Of a stretch of DNA of 64,000 bases, positions 17,375-27,008 are shown one piece after another; position 1 is the first letter of the stretch, and each line of letters starts with the position of its first letter. The stretch is from Ferruginibacter sp. (GTDB taxonomy: Bacteria > Bacteroidota > Bacteroidia > Chitinophagales > Chitinophagaceae). The position numbers were made by a program, and so were the translations under genes. The DNA lies in assembly GCA_017983695.1 (NCBI GenBank), contig JAGOAX010000010.1, forward strand, positions 64,716 through 128,715. The letters are read 5' to 3'. A model generated the notes under the pieces. That model saw only the letters and a list, made by a program, of their open reading frames with translations, ran no database searches and was not told the DNA's origin.

Positions 17375-18883
17375 ATGAAAAAAGCAGCAACAGCATTATT
17401 ATTGGTAACCTTATTTATGGCATGTAAAAAATCGGATGATGCCCCTGCAGAAGTAATTGTTAATGAAGACCCGGCAACTTATAAAGAAATTGCCTCCCTT
17501 AACCTGGGTGGTTTAGGCTCCGCAGAGATCACCACTTTTGATCCGCAAACCAAACGCCTTTTTGCTGTAAACAATGGAACACTAAATAAAATAGATGTCA
17601 TTGATATTGCCAATCCGGCTGTAATCAGTGTAATACATTCTATAAGTCTTGCTACTTATGGCGGCTATGTAAACAGTGTTGATGTTAGTAATGGAAAACT
17701 GGCCGCTGCCATTGAAGCTTCTAACAAACAAAACCCGGGAAAAGTAGTGGTATTTAATACATCTACTTATGCAGAAGAAAAAGTAATAACCGTTGGTGCA
17801 TTACCGGATATGGTAGTTTACAGCCCCGATGGTAAGTACATACTTACTGCTAATGAAGCAGAACCAGATGCAACCTATACCAACGATCCGGAAGGCAGTG
17901 TATCTATAATAAATGTGACTGACAATTACAGCGTAACTACGTTGAACTTTGCCTCTTTCGCATCTCAATTAACCGCTTTAACAACCAAAGGCTTTCGTGT
18001 GTTTGGTCCCGGAAAAGATATTATTAAAGATGTGGAGCCGGAGTACATTACTGTTTCTTCCGATTCTAAAACAGCATGGGTAACATTGCAAGAGAATAAT
18101 GCTATTGCTGTAATTGATCTTACCACAAAAGCAATTACCAAAATATTTCCATTAGGATTTAAAGATTATAATACTGCTGCCAACGCAATAGACCCTAGTG
18201 ATAAAGAAGGCGGCATAAACTTTACTCCTTGGAAAGCTTTTGGTACTTATATGCCTGATGCAATAACTTCTACCAATTATAATGGCACTACGTATTTATT
18301 TACAGCCAACGAAGGAGATGCAAGAGAATACACCGGCTTTAGCGAAATAAAAAGAATAAAGGATATTACATTAGATGCTACTGCTTTTCCTACTGCAGCT
18401 ACGCTTAAATTAGATGCACAACTAGGCAGATTGAATATTACGACCACTTTAGGCGATACTGATAATGATGGTGACTTTGATGCCTTATACAGTTTTGGTG
18501 CAAGATCATTTAGCGTGTGGAATGGCAGCACCGGCGAGTTAGTATTTGACAGCAAGAACGAACTTGATGTAAAAGCAAAAGAACTGGGTGTATATGATGA
18601 TAACCGCAGCGATGATAAAGGTGCTGAACCGGAAGCTATTACTTTAGGCAAAGTAGGTACAAAAACAATTGCTTTTGTAGGTATGGAAAGAGTAGATGCA
18701 GTGGTTGTGTATGATGTAACCAATCCAACAGCACCTGTATTTATAAAAATGTTTGCAACAGGTGATGCACCCGAAGGTGTGCTGTTTATTCCTTCATCTA
18801 AAAGCCCCATTGGCCAAAGCCTGGTAGTTGTAAGCAGCGAAAATGATGGTGTGATAAAAATATATAGGGCAGATAAATTATAA
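17375..18883 (+). CDS. Choice-of-anchor I family lipoprotein (alkaline-phosphatase-associated beta-propeller)
   Basis: Lipobox FMA-C at MKKAA start; VGALPDM, ANEAEP, EPEYI, ANEGD, GARSFS, RSDDKGAEPE motifs. Confidence 0.85.
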   Translation: MKKAATALLLVTLFMACKKSDDAPAEVIVNEDPATYKEIASLNLGGLGSAEITTFDPQTKRLFAVNNGTLNKIDVIDIANPAVISVIHSISLATYGGYVNSVDVSNGKLAAAIEASNKQNPGKVVVFNTSTYAEEKVITVGALPDMVVYSPDGKYILTANEAEPDATYTNDPEGSVSIINVTDNYSVTTLNFASFASQLTALTTKGFRVFGPGKDIIKDVEPEYITVSSDSKTAWVTLQENNAIAVIDLTTKAITKIFPLGFKDYNTAANAIDPSDKEGGINFTPWKAFGTYMPDAITSTNYNGTTYLFTANEGDAREYTGFSEIKRIKDITLDATAFPTAATLKLDAQLGRLNITTTLGDTDNDGDFDALYSFGARSFSVWNGSTGELVFDSKNELDVKAKELGVYDDNRSDDKGAEPEAITLGKVGTKTIAFVGMERVDAVVVYDVTNPTAPVFIKMFATGDAPEGVLFIPSSKSPIGQSLVVVSSENDGVIKIYRADKL

Positions 18884-18899
18884 ATGAGAGATATGTAGC

Positions 18900-19298
18900 A
18901 TCGCAAGGGTAGGTAGTGTGTCGCAGTTGGATTATTTTCTATCCAATGCTAATCAAACTTTAGTAACCTTATCTTCCGCATCAATTACACCAATGACCTG
19001 TGTAATTAAGCCCTATGCCAAAGTGGAATTTATTAAAGCCGAAGTAGAGTTTCTATCCAATAATCAAACTGCCGTAAAATATTATGCCTTATTCTTTGTA
19101 GATTACCAGGCATGGTTTGAATACAGGCGTACCGGAATGCCGGTATTACCAATTAATGCCGGTATGGTGGGTAAACAAATGCCTACCCGTTTTAAATACC
19201 CGATTGCAGTAAGAACTAATAACCCGGTAAATTATCAACTTGCCGTAACTTCAATGGGCGGCGACGATAACACTACCAAAGTGTGGTGGGAAAAATAA
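18900..19298 (+). pseudogene. C-terminal remnant of a SusD/RagB-like lipoprotein
   Basis: YAKVEFIKAE, YYALFFVDYQAWFEYRRTGMP, RFKYP, MGGDDNTTKVWWEK are SusD C-terminal motifs; no signal peptide, in-frame stop at 18885, no susC upstream. Confidence 0.8.
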
Positions 19299-19320
19299 TT
19301 TACTTCATAAAACAACAACA

Positions 19321-20811
19321 ATGGAAAGAAGAAGTTTTCTTAAAAATTTTAGTTTAGCGGGTGCTTTACTTACAGTACCGCCAGCATTGGCCGAAGCTGC
19401 AACTTTTGCAGCACCTGTAAAAAAAGATATCGGCAATATAACACTCAAAGGAAAAGTACAAAGTAAAGGAACTGGTATAGCAGGTATTGCGGTAACCGAT
19501 GGCAACAACATAACACTCACCGATAAAAATGGTAACTACGAATTACTGAGCAACAATACTGCAGAGTTTGTTTACATCAGTATGCCGTCGGGCTACCAAT
19601 TTACCAACGATAAAGGTATTGCTAAATTTTATGTGCCGGTTAATGCCAGCAGCAATATTTTTAAAGCCGATTTTGAATTAGAAAAATTAGCGGTTGATGA
19701 TAAACAGCATTGCTTTGTGGTATGGGCCGATACACAAATGATATCTGAAAAAGATGTGGAGTTGCTGAAATCACAATCGGTGCCCGACTTACAACAATTG
19801 GTAGCTGCTTATCCAAAGCAAACTCTTTTTCATGGTATTGGTTGCGGCGATTTGGTATGGGATAAGTTTGAATTATTTGAAGGTTATAAACAGGCCATCG
19901 ATAGCACGGGTGTAACTTTCTTTAATGTAATTGGTAACCACGATATGGATCTGGATGCCCGTACCGATGAATTATCTGCCAAAACATTTAAAAAACAATT
20001 TGGCCCCACCTACTATTCTTTTAACAGGGGCGATATACATTACGTGGTGCTGGATGATGTATTTTTTATTGGCACTGCCAAGCAATACATTGGCTACATT
20101 ACCGAAAACCAGTTGCAATGGTTAGAGCAGGATCTGCTGCAGGTAAAACCTGGCAGCACTGTGGTAGTAAGTTTACATATACCTACCAACACCGGTGCTG
20201 CAAGAAGAAATAAAAAAGACGCAGAACTGGGATCAGTAGTTGCTAACAGGAAACAGTTGTATAAAATATTATCGCCGTACAAAGTGCATATCATGAGTGG
20301 CCACACTCATTTTAATGATACCTGGGAAGAAAACAATATTATGGAACATAACCATGGTACTGTTTGCGGCGCCTGGTGGACCGGCCCTGTTTGTGGCGAT
20401 GGTACGCCAAACGGTTACGGTGTGTATGAAGTAAACGGCAGTGAAATAAAATGGTATTACAAATCAACCGGCTTACCTAAAACAAATCAATTAAGATTGT
20501 ATGGTAAGGGTAAATCAAAAAATAACCCTGATGAGATTGTAGCCAATGTATGGAACTGGGATGTGAAATGGAAAGTTGAATGGTTTGAAGATGGTGTAGA
20601 AAAAGGTGGCATGGAACAACGTGCAGCATTAGATCCATTGGCAGTGGAATTATATGCTGGCCCGGAACTTCCGAAGAAACATAAGTTTGTAGAACCTACA
20701 CTGGCTGATCATATTTTCTTTGCAACCCCATCGGCCAATGCCAAACAAATTGAAGTAAGAGCAACTGATCGTTTTGGAAATATATTCAGCGAAAAACTAA
20801 GCATTGCATAG
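19321..20811 (+). CDS. Tat-exported calcineurin-like phosphoesterase
   Basis: MERRSFLK twin-arginine signal; DTQ, GCGDL, GNHD, SLHIP, SGHTH, CGAWW motifs. Confidence 0.9.
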   Translation: MERRSFLKNFSLAGALLTVPPALAEAATFAAPVKKDIGNITLKGKVQSKGTGIAGIAVTDGNNITLTDKNGNYELLSNNTAEFVYISMPSGYQFTNDKGIAKFYVPVNASSNIFKADFELEKLAVDDKQHCFVVWADTQMISEKDVELLKSQSVPDLQQLVAAYPKQTLFHGIGCGDLVWDKFELFEGYKQAIDSTGVTFFNVIGNHDMDLDARTDELSAKTFKKQFGPTYYSFNRGDIHYVVLDDVFFIGTAKQYIGYITENQLQWLEQDLLQVKPGSTVVVSLHIPTNTGAARRNKKDAELGSVVANRKQLYKILSPYKVHIMSGHTHFNDTWEENNIMEHNHGTVCGAWWTGPVCGDGTPNGYGVYEVNGSEIKWYYKSTGLPKTNQLRLYGKGKSKNNPDEIVANVWNWDVKWKVEWFEDGVEKGGMEQRAALDPLAVELYAGPELPKKHKFVEPTLADHIFFATPSANAKQIEVRATDRFGNIFSEKLSIA

Positions 20812-20826
20812 ATCAATTTTTCAATC

Positions 20827-20860
20827 AGCTTTACCTGTACAAGTTATAGGTAAAGCTTTT
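20827..20860. terminator. Bidirectional terminator
   Basis: agctttacctgta...tataggtaaagct stem between convergent genes. Confidence 0.75.
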
Positions 20861-21908
20861 AATCTTTCTTTTTAGGTAATGTAAAACCAAAGGTGGTACC
20901 TACATCAATTTTACTGCGTACATGAATGGTCTGACCATGGGCTTCCACAATATGTTTGCAAATAGAAAGACCTAAACCACTACCCCCAACTTTCCTGCTT
21001 CTTGCTAAATCGGTACGATAAAACCTTTCAAATATCCTGGGTAAATGTTCTTCTGCAATACCGGAGCCATCATCACTGATCTCTATTAATATTCTACGAC
21101 CATCTATCCGGTAAAAGCTACTTTCTATTGTGCCATTTTGCTTACCATACTTGATCGCATTGTCTACAAGATTTATAAAAACCTGCCGTATTTTTTCTTT
21201 ATCGGCATAAACAGTTAATGGTTGTTCGCAGCCTTTTTTAATAATGCATTTAATTTCTTTTTCTTCTGCTTTAATAGCTAAGGTTTCATACACTTCCTTC
21301 AGCAGGTCCTGTATCACAAAATTTTGCTGGTACAGCAATTGTTCGCCACTTTCTAATTTTGATATTTCATCAAGGTCATCTACTAAATTCACCAGTCGGT
21401 CAACATTACGGGAAGTGCTGTTTAAAAATTTTTTATTTACATCAGGATTTTCCAAAGCGCCATTTAATAAAGTATCTACATAACCCTGTATGGCAAAAAT
21501 CGGTGTCTTTAATTCATGACTCAGATTTTGCAAAAATTCTTTGCGGTAAGTTTCGTTTTGCTGCAGTAATTCTATTTCTTCTTTACGCTGTATGGCCCAT
21601 TTTTCCACGTCTTCCCTTACTTCATCAATGCCTTTCTGGGGTAAAATATTTTTATAGTAAAACTCTTCTCTTTTGCTGGCCTTGGTTTGATAAATGAGTT
21701 TGTAAATGAGTTTTATTTTGCGGTAAATAAAAGTTTGCAGTGCGTAAGATATTAATGCATAGCTGCCCAAAAACATGGCTACAAATGAAACCAACGGTAT
21801 CCACCAAACCGGTTTAAAAATAAAAACCACAATTGCCACCGGCACCGATAAACCCAATGCCGTTAATGCAGATAATTGTTGTGGTGAAAGATTTTTTTGT
21901 GAAGGCAT
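20859..21908 (-). CDS. phoR: Sensor histidine kinase, PhoR-like
   Basis: Two N-terminal TMs, SHELKTP H-box, NLVDNAIKYG, DDGSGI, GGSGLGL; located in a phosphorus cluster. Confidence 0.8.
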   Translation of the reverse strand: MPSQKNLSPQQLSALTALGLSVPVAIVVFIFKPVWWIPLVSFVAMFLGSYALISYALQTFIYRKIKLIYKLIYQTKASKREEFYYKNILPQKGIDEVREDVEKWAIQRKEEIELLQQNETYRKEFLQNLSHELKTPIFAIQGYVDTLLNGALENPDVNKKFLNSTSRNVDRLVNLVDDLDEISKLESGEQLLYQQNFVIQDLLKEVYETLAIKAEEKEIKCIIKKGCEQPLTVYADKEKIRQVFINLVDNAIKYGKQNGTIESSFYRIDGRRILIEISDDGSGIAEEHLPRIFERFYRTDLARSRKVGGSGLGLSICKHIVEAHGQTIHVRSKIDVGTTFGFTLPKKKD

Positions 21909-21987
21909 ACACCTATCCCCTAAAGGAAAAATTTATTTTAGCGAAGATATTAAGATAACATCAATAACTCCCTTTCGGGGATGCGGT

Positions 21988-22662
21988 CTATATTTCAAAC
22001 TTATACCCTACGCCTTTTACAGTGCTGATGCAATCAAGGTCTAATTTTTGGCGAATTTTGCGGATGTGTACATCAATGGTACGGTCGCCAACTATAACTT
22101 CAGTGCCCCAAATAGTGTTCAATATTTCGTTGCGTAAAAAAACTTTGCCGGGTTTGCCAGCCAGTAAAGCCAGTAATTCAAATTCTTTTCTGGCCAGTAC
22201 AATATCGTTTCCTTTAAAATTGATCATATATTTCTCCCTGTCAATTTCAAGATCACCCACTTTTAACACTTTGGGTCCATCATTACTAAACCTTCTGAAC
22301 AAGGCATTTACCTTACTCACTAAAACTTTAGGGCTTATAGGTTTTGTCAGGTAATCATCGGCCCCACTTTCCAACCCTTTCACTTCGGTGCCTTCATCAC
22401 TCAATGCAGTTAAAAAAATAATAAGGGTATTTTTAAAAGCGGGCAGGCTGCGTAAAGTATTACAAACTTCCATCCCGGTTTTACCCGGCATCATAATATC
22501 CAGTATTATCAAATCCGGAAGGGTTCGTTTTGCTTTTTCGATGGCTTCGTTGCCGTTCTTTGCAGTAATCACTTCAAAACCTTCTCCCTGCAAATTGTAT
22601 TGGATGATCTCCAGGATATCGGGCTCATCATCGGCAATTAATATTTTTTTAACAGTACTCAT
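21988..22662 (-). CDS. phoP: OmpR-family response regulator, PhoP/PhoB-like
   Basis: DDEPDI, LDIMMP, GADDYLTKP, DRTIDVHIRKIR, VKGVGYKF; start moved to ATG 22662 because the -7 box overlaps 22680. Confidence 0.82.
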   Translation of the reverse strand: MSTVKKILIADDEPDILEIIQYNLQGEGFEVITAKNGNEAIEKAKRTLPDLIILDIMMPGKTGMEVCNTLRSLPAFKNTLIIFLTALSDEGTEVKGLESGADDYLTKPISPKVLVSKVNALFRRFSNDGPKVLKVGDLEIDREKYMINFKGNDIVLARKEFELLALLAGKPGKVFLRNEILNTIWGTEVIVGDRTIDVHIRKIRQKLDLDCISTVKGVGYKFEI

Positions 22663-22675
22663 AAGTAAAACGTTG

Positions 22676-22685
22676 TGCAAAAGTA
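22676..22685 (-). promoter_or_regulatory. Housekeeping -7 element of phoPR
   Basis: TACTTTTGCA on the minus strand, a perfect TAnnTTTG. Confidence 0.7.
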
Positions 22686-22727
22686 GTCTTAATCAATATT
22701 CAATAAATCAGTTTAAAGGCTTTGCTG

Positions 22728-22744
22728 TATTATCAAATTGTTAA
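22728..22744 (-). promoter_or_regulatory. Possible two-unit Pho box upstream of phoP (autoregulation)
   Basis: Reverse units ttaaca (22739) and ataata (22728), 11 bp apart; only two units. Confidence 0.3.
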
Positions 22745-22821
22745 GCCAAACAGGCATAGTTTATGTTGATAATTAAGCCTGTAGGCAACCCTAATCAAAA
22801 TTTCAGCATCTTTGCAGCTGT

Positions 22822-25050
22822 ATGACTATGACAAAGAATATTTTTTTAATCCTTTTACTACTTATTTGCCGGGTTACCAGCTTCGGAATACCTATCGATA
22901 CTATTAAAGTACCTTTTCAACGACAGATCTTTCATGATAAGATTAATGGAGAGCAAAAGCTACTGGATAAAGCCGATGGTAAAACTGACGGCATTATAAA
23001 AGTATCGTATGATAACGATATAAACCTGGCTGTTACCGATGCGATAATAAGGGGCATTAATGAACTGGAGGACTCCGTTGAAGTGAATAAAAAACTGGCA
23101 GGGCACCGGGAAAAAGTAATGTACCTAAATTATATTGAACGGGTGGTAAGGGAATTTAGAAACGGATGGAGGCAACAGCTGCTTGATCCATTATATGCCC
23201 CGATACTGATAGATAATTTTAAAAAGATTATGACTGCTGATATTGACAGCATGAGTATGGTGCCATTTATTGAGGCTGCCCCCTATGAAGTAGGCAGAAT
23301 TAATATGGAGATATTTTCGGCCAACAGCGGATATAAGCAAAGCAAAAACCTGGTGTATTTAAAATTTTGTACCCTCTATCCTGATAAAGTTTTATCAACT
23401 CTGGCACCATACGCTAAAGAAACATTTGCCGACAGCCTGGTTATCCTGGCCTGTAAAAATGATCCTTCGCAGGCCTATAAATTTGCACAGGATGTAGCAT
23501 CACCTGTTGGCAGGGTAATTCATAACAGTGCCGACCCCTTGGTAAAAACCATTGCCACACTGAGTAAGCTGCCGGGGGCTCTTTTATATTTCCCCTTTTT
23601 AGATGATATAGTAAGCGGTAAAAAACAAATTGATAGCCTGCATAAAATTATTGGCAGCGGCGAAAAAGGTTATGACAGTGTTGCGTATTATAAACTACTG
23701 GTGCAAACAGAAATTGAATACAGTAAAAGAATGAGCAGGGGCGATACCGCAACAGCATTATTTGGTGCCAACGGCCTTAGGGATTTACTTAAAAGAAAAG
23801 CACTGCAACATTTTATTACACCAATAAATGACCTGCACGAAAAACCCGAAGCTGTGCGGATGAAAGCAATAGACTCTTTAAGCCCTGCGGATATTTATTA
23901 CATGATTGTAACCAATGAAGATGTTATTTATACCAGCAGTTACAAGCATAGTTTTAACCGCATGTTGCAAAGGCTGGGCAAAACCCCTGCTACCGATTCT
24001 TTATTATTGGCCGTAAACTTCGATTACTTTAAAAAGTTTATTAAAATGGCAGCCAATTTTAATAAACTGGATACCTTTTTAAATTTAATGCCGCCATCAA
24101 GTTCCGAAACTTTAATGAAAGCTTTTGTAGGCAGACTGGAAACCAACAAAACCCTTGAAGATGCCGTTGATGTGGCAGATTCGTACAGCAGCATTAATAA
24201 CAAAAAACTGCTGGCCAATATTTTAAAATATGTAGATGATAATGAGCTACGCTGTGTAAAGAACAACAACAAACGTGGTAAGATAATTTACAGCCTTTTA
24301 AAAACAATTTTTCTTTCGGCCGATAGTACCAATAAAATTGATTTGAGTGCTGCGATAGGCATACCGCCGGTTTATACTATTGAAAACAAGGCGCTGATGG
24401 GAGATGGTGACAGCAACCGTATTGTGCAACAGGTTTTCTTTTATGGTGATGAGGATGGGCAAAAATTTTTTCCGCAATATGTCAATTCTTTTTCTGCTAA
24501 AGAATGGAAGGTCAACAGCAGCTTTAAAGAATGGGTGGAAATAAAATCGATAAAAGGCCCAAAGGTTTGGATATATGTAAACCGTCCTTTAAATAACGAC
24601 AGGAATTTAGATGACACCGCACAGATACACCTGAATCAATACCTTACAAAAAATAATCTTAAACCATCAATTGTAACACACCGTGGGCATAGTTACTGGC
24701 TGCCCCGTACCATCGAACGTATGACAGGCGATGCAAAAATTATTGTATTAGGTAGTTGTGGCGGTTACAAAAATTTAAACCAGTTAATTGAAATAAATCC
24801 TGATGCCCATATTATTTCCACCAAGCAAATTGGTACCGGCAACATTAACCAGATAATTACAAATAAATTAAACCAGGTATTGCTTGCCGGCAAAACAGTT
24901 GTATGGAAAACCATGTGGGATGATCTTTCTTTATTTTTTGCCAAACAACCAAAAGATATAAAAGAAGCCTGGGAAGATTATATACCACCGTATAAAAACC
25001 TGGGTGCTATTTTTATTAAAGCTTATAATAAAAAATCGGAGGGAGAATAA
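22822..25050 (+). CDS. Large exported hypothetical protein with possible C-terminal His-Cys dyad
   Basis: 742-aa ORF with signal peptide; THRGHS and VLGSCGG near C-terminus. Confidence 0.75.
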   Translation: MTMTKNIFLILLLLICRVTSFGIPIDTIKVPFQRQIFHDKINGEQKLLDKADGKTDGIIKVSYDNDINLAVTDAIIRGINELEDSVEVNKKLAGHREKVMYLNYIERVVREFRNGWRQQLLDPLYAPILIDNFKKIMTADIDSMSMVPFIEAAPYEVGRINMEIFSANSGYKQSKNLVYLKFCTLYPDKVLSTLAPYAKETFADSLVILACKNDPSQAYKFAQDVASPVGRVIHNSADPLVKTIATLSKLPGALLYFPFLDDIVSGKKQIDSLHKIIGSGEKGYDSVAYYKLLVQTEIEYSKRMSRGDTATALFGANGLRDLLKRKALQHFITPINDLHEKPEAVRMKAIDSLSPADIYYMIVTNEDVIYTSSYKHSFNRMLQRLGKTPATDSLLLAVNFDYFKKFIKMAANFNKLDTFLNLMPPSSSETLMKAFVGRLETNKTLEDAVDVADSYSSINNKKLLANILKYVDDNELRCVKNNNKRGKIIYSLLKTIFLSADSTNKIDLSAAIGIPPVYTIENKALMGDGDSNRIVQQVFFYGDEDGQKFFPQYVNSFSAKEWKVNSSFKEWVEIKSIKGPKVWIYVNRPLNNDRNLDDTAQIHLNQYLTKNNLKPSIVTHRGHSYWLPRTIERMTGDAKIIVLGSCGGYKNLNQLIEINPDAHIISTKQIGTGNINQIITNKLNQVLLAGKTVVWKTMWDDLSLFFAKQPKDIKEAWEDYIPPYKNLGAIFIKAYNKKSEGE

Positions 25051-25134
25051 AACTATTTTTTGCTCCGCAAAATTCATCCTTACCACTAAGCCCAAAATTT
25101 TAAACTAAAAATCTTTCCCCCTTACCTTTGCTTC

Positions 25135-26943
25135 ATGAGCGATTCGGGCACTAAAAAAAAGGTATTCAATTTTTCATTATTACGCAGGGTATTTTATTTT
25201 GCACGGCCATATAAAAATAAATTTTATGGCTCATTGGTACTGTCCGTTATTCTTGCGGCAATGGCACCATTACGGCCATTATTAATTCAGCTTACCATTA
25301 ACAAAGGCATAAAAGAAAATACCTTTGGCAGCTTTATTGATGGACCCGGTGGTTTTATTATTGAAATTACCATTATACAAATTGCATTACTGCTTTTAGA
25401 AACTGTCTGCCGTTTCTTTTTTACTTTTCTTACAGCATCGCTGGGGCAAAGTGTGGTAAAGGACCTGCGTACAACAATCTATAATAAGATCCTTCATCTT
25501 AATTTAAAACAGTTTGATACCACCCCCATTGGCACACTTACCACCCGAACTATAAACGATATAGAATCTGTTAACGATGTTTTCAGCGACGGGCTTATTC
25601 CAATCATTGCCGACCTGCTTTCTATTATTTCTGTATTGACTTACATGTTTATTGTTGACTGGCAGTTAACATTGGTTTGCCTGGCGCCTTTTCCTATCTT
25701 AATTATTGCCACTTATTTTTTTAAAGAAAGTGTAAATAAATCTTTTATACGGGTGCGTAATGCGGTTGCCAACCTTAATGCATTTGTACAGGAACATATT
25801 ACCGGCATGAGTGTGGTACAGGCTTTTGCTGCAGAGAAAAGAGAGTTTGATAAATTCAATACCATTAATAAAGAGCACCGCAACGCCAACATAAAAGCCA
25901 TCTTTGCTTACTCTGTTTTTTTCCCAATTGTGGAGCTGGTAATGGCATTATCAATTGGCTTGCTGGTTTGGTGGGCTGCAAAAGATGCTATAACACTTTC
26001 TGTAGATGAGAGAAATAATATTGCAGGCATAATAACTTCATTTATCATCTGCTTAAACCTCCTGTTCAGGCCGCTAAGGGTTATTGCCGATAAATTTAAT
26101 GTATTGCAAATGGGCATGATTGCCAGCGAACGTGTTTTTAAAGTGCTGGATAATGAAGATACCGCAGTTAATGAAGGCAATATTACTCATACTAAAATAG
26201 CAGGCGCTGTAGCATTTGATAAAGTATGGTTTGCTTATACCAACGAAAATTATGTTTTAAAAAATATTTCTTTTACCATTAATGCAGGAGAAACATTAGC
26301 AATTGTTGGGCACACAGGCAGCGGCAAAACATCCATCATCAGTTTATTAAACCGCCTGTATCATATACAAAAAGGATCCATCAAAATAGATGAAAAAAAT
26401 ATTGAGGACTACCAGCTGGATGCACTGAGAAGCCATATTGGTGTAGTGCTGCAGGATGTATTTTTATTCAGTGGCTCTGTTATCGATAATGTAACACTCC
26501 GCAACCCCGATATAAAAAAAGAGGATGTTATACAGGCTGCAAAACTTATCGGCATACATGATTTTATTATGCAGCTGCCCGGTAATTATGATTACAATGT
26601 AATGGAAAGAGGTGCTACACTTTCTCTTGGCCAGCGCCAGTTATTATCTTTTGTGAGGGCATTATTATACAACCCATCAATATTAATTTTAGATGAAGCG
26701 ACTTCATCGGTAGATACCGAAAGCGAAAACCTGATACAACATGCCATTGATACATTGATTGCCGGCCGTACCTCTGTTGTAATTGCCCACCGCTTAAGCA
26801 CCATCCGCAAAGCCAGTAAAATTATGGTGCTGGATAAAGGAGAAATTAAAGAAATGGGTACCCACGAAGAGCTGCTGGCAAAACAGGGTTTTTATTATCA
26901 GCTGCATAAAATGCAGTTTGAAAAGAAGGTAAAGATGGTGTAG
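25135..26943 (+). CDS. ABC exporter, fused permease/ATPase (MsbA-like)
   Basis: TM domain, GHTGSGKT Walker A, LSLGQRQ, ILDEATS; TACCTTTG -7 element at 25123. Confidence 0.95.
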   Translation: MSDSGTKKKVFNFSLLRRVFYFARPYKNKFYGSLVLSVILAAMAPLRPLLIQLTINKGIKENTFGSFIDGPGGFIIEITIIQIALLLLETVCRFFFTFLTASLGQSVVKDLRTTIYNKILHLNLKQFDTTPIGTLTTRTINDIESVNDVFSDGLIPIIADLLSIISVLTYMFIVDWQLTLVCLAPFPILIIATYFFKESVNKSFIRVRNAVANLNAFVQEHITGMSVVQAFAAEKREFDKFNTINKEHRNANIKAIFAYSVFFPIVELVMALSIGLLVWWAAKDAITLSVDERNNIAGIITSFIICLNLLFRPLRVIADKFNVLQMGMIASERVFKVLDNEDTAVNEGNITHTKIAGAVAFDKVWFAYTNENYVLKNISFTINAGETLAIVGHTGSGKTSIISLLNRLYHIQKGSIKIDEKNIEDYQLDALRSHIGVVLQDVFLFSGSVIDNVTLRNPDIKKEDVIQAAKLIGIHDFIMQLPGNYDYNVMERGATLSLGQRQLLSFVRALLYNPSILILDEATSSVDTESENLIQHAIDTLIAGRTSVVIAHRLSTIRKASKIMVLDKGEIKEMGTHEELLAKQGFYYQLHKMQFEKKVKMV

Positions 26944-27008
26944 ATTAGATGAATGAATGAATTGAAAAATGTGATTGCGATTTTGCTTTATGAATAATTA
27001 ATTAAACA

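Noticed and set aside
18277-18906. 209-aa minus-strand ORF
   Set aside because: Antisense shadow of the choice-of-anchor I gene; Ser/Thr/Leu-rich composition typical of shadows
1-22744. Calling the P cluster a mobile island
   Set aside because: No integrase, transposase, tRNA or att repeat, and no obvious GC shift
22769-22814. Pho-like phase upstream of the 22822 gene
   Set aside because: Only two weak units 22 bp apart, with a non-matching middle unit
26940-26990. gaatgaatgaat run after the ABC exporter
   Set aside because: Too short to distinguish from chance in AT-rich DNA
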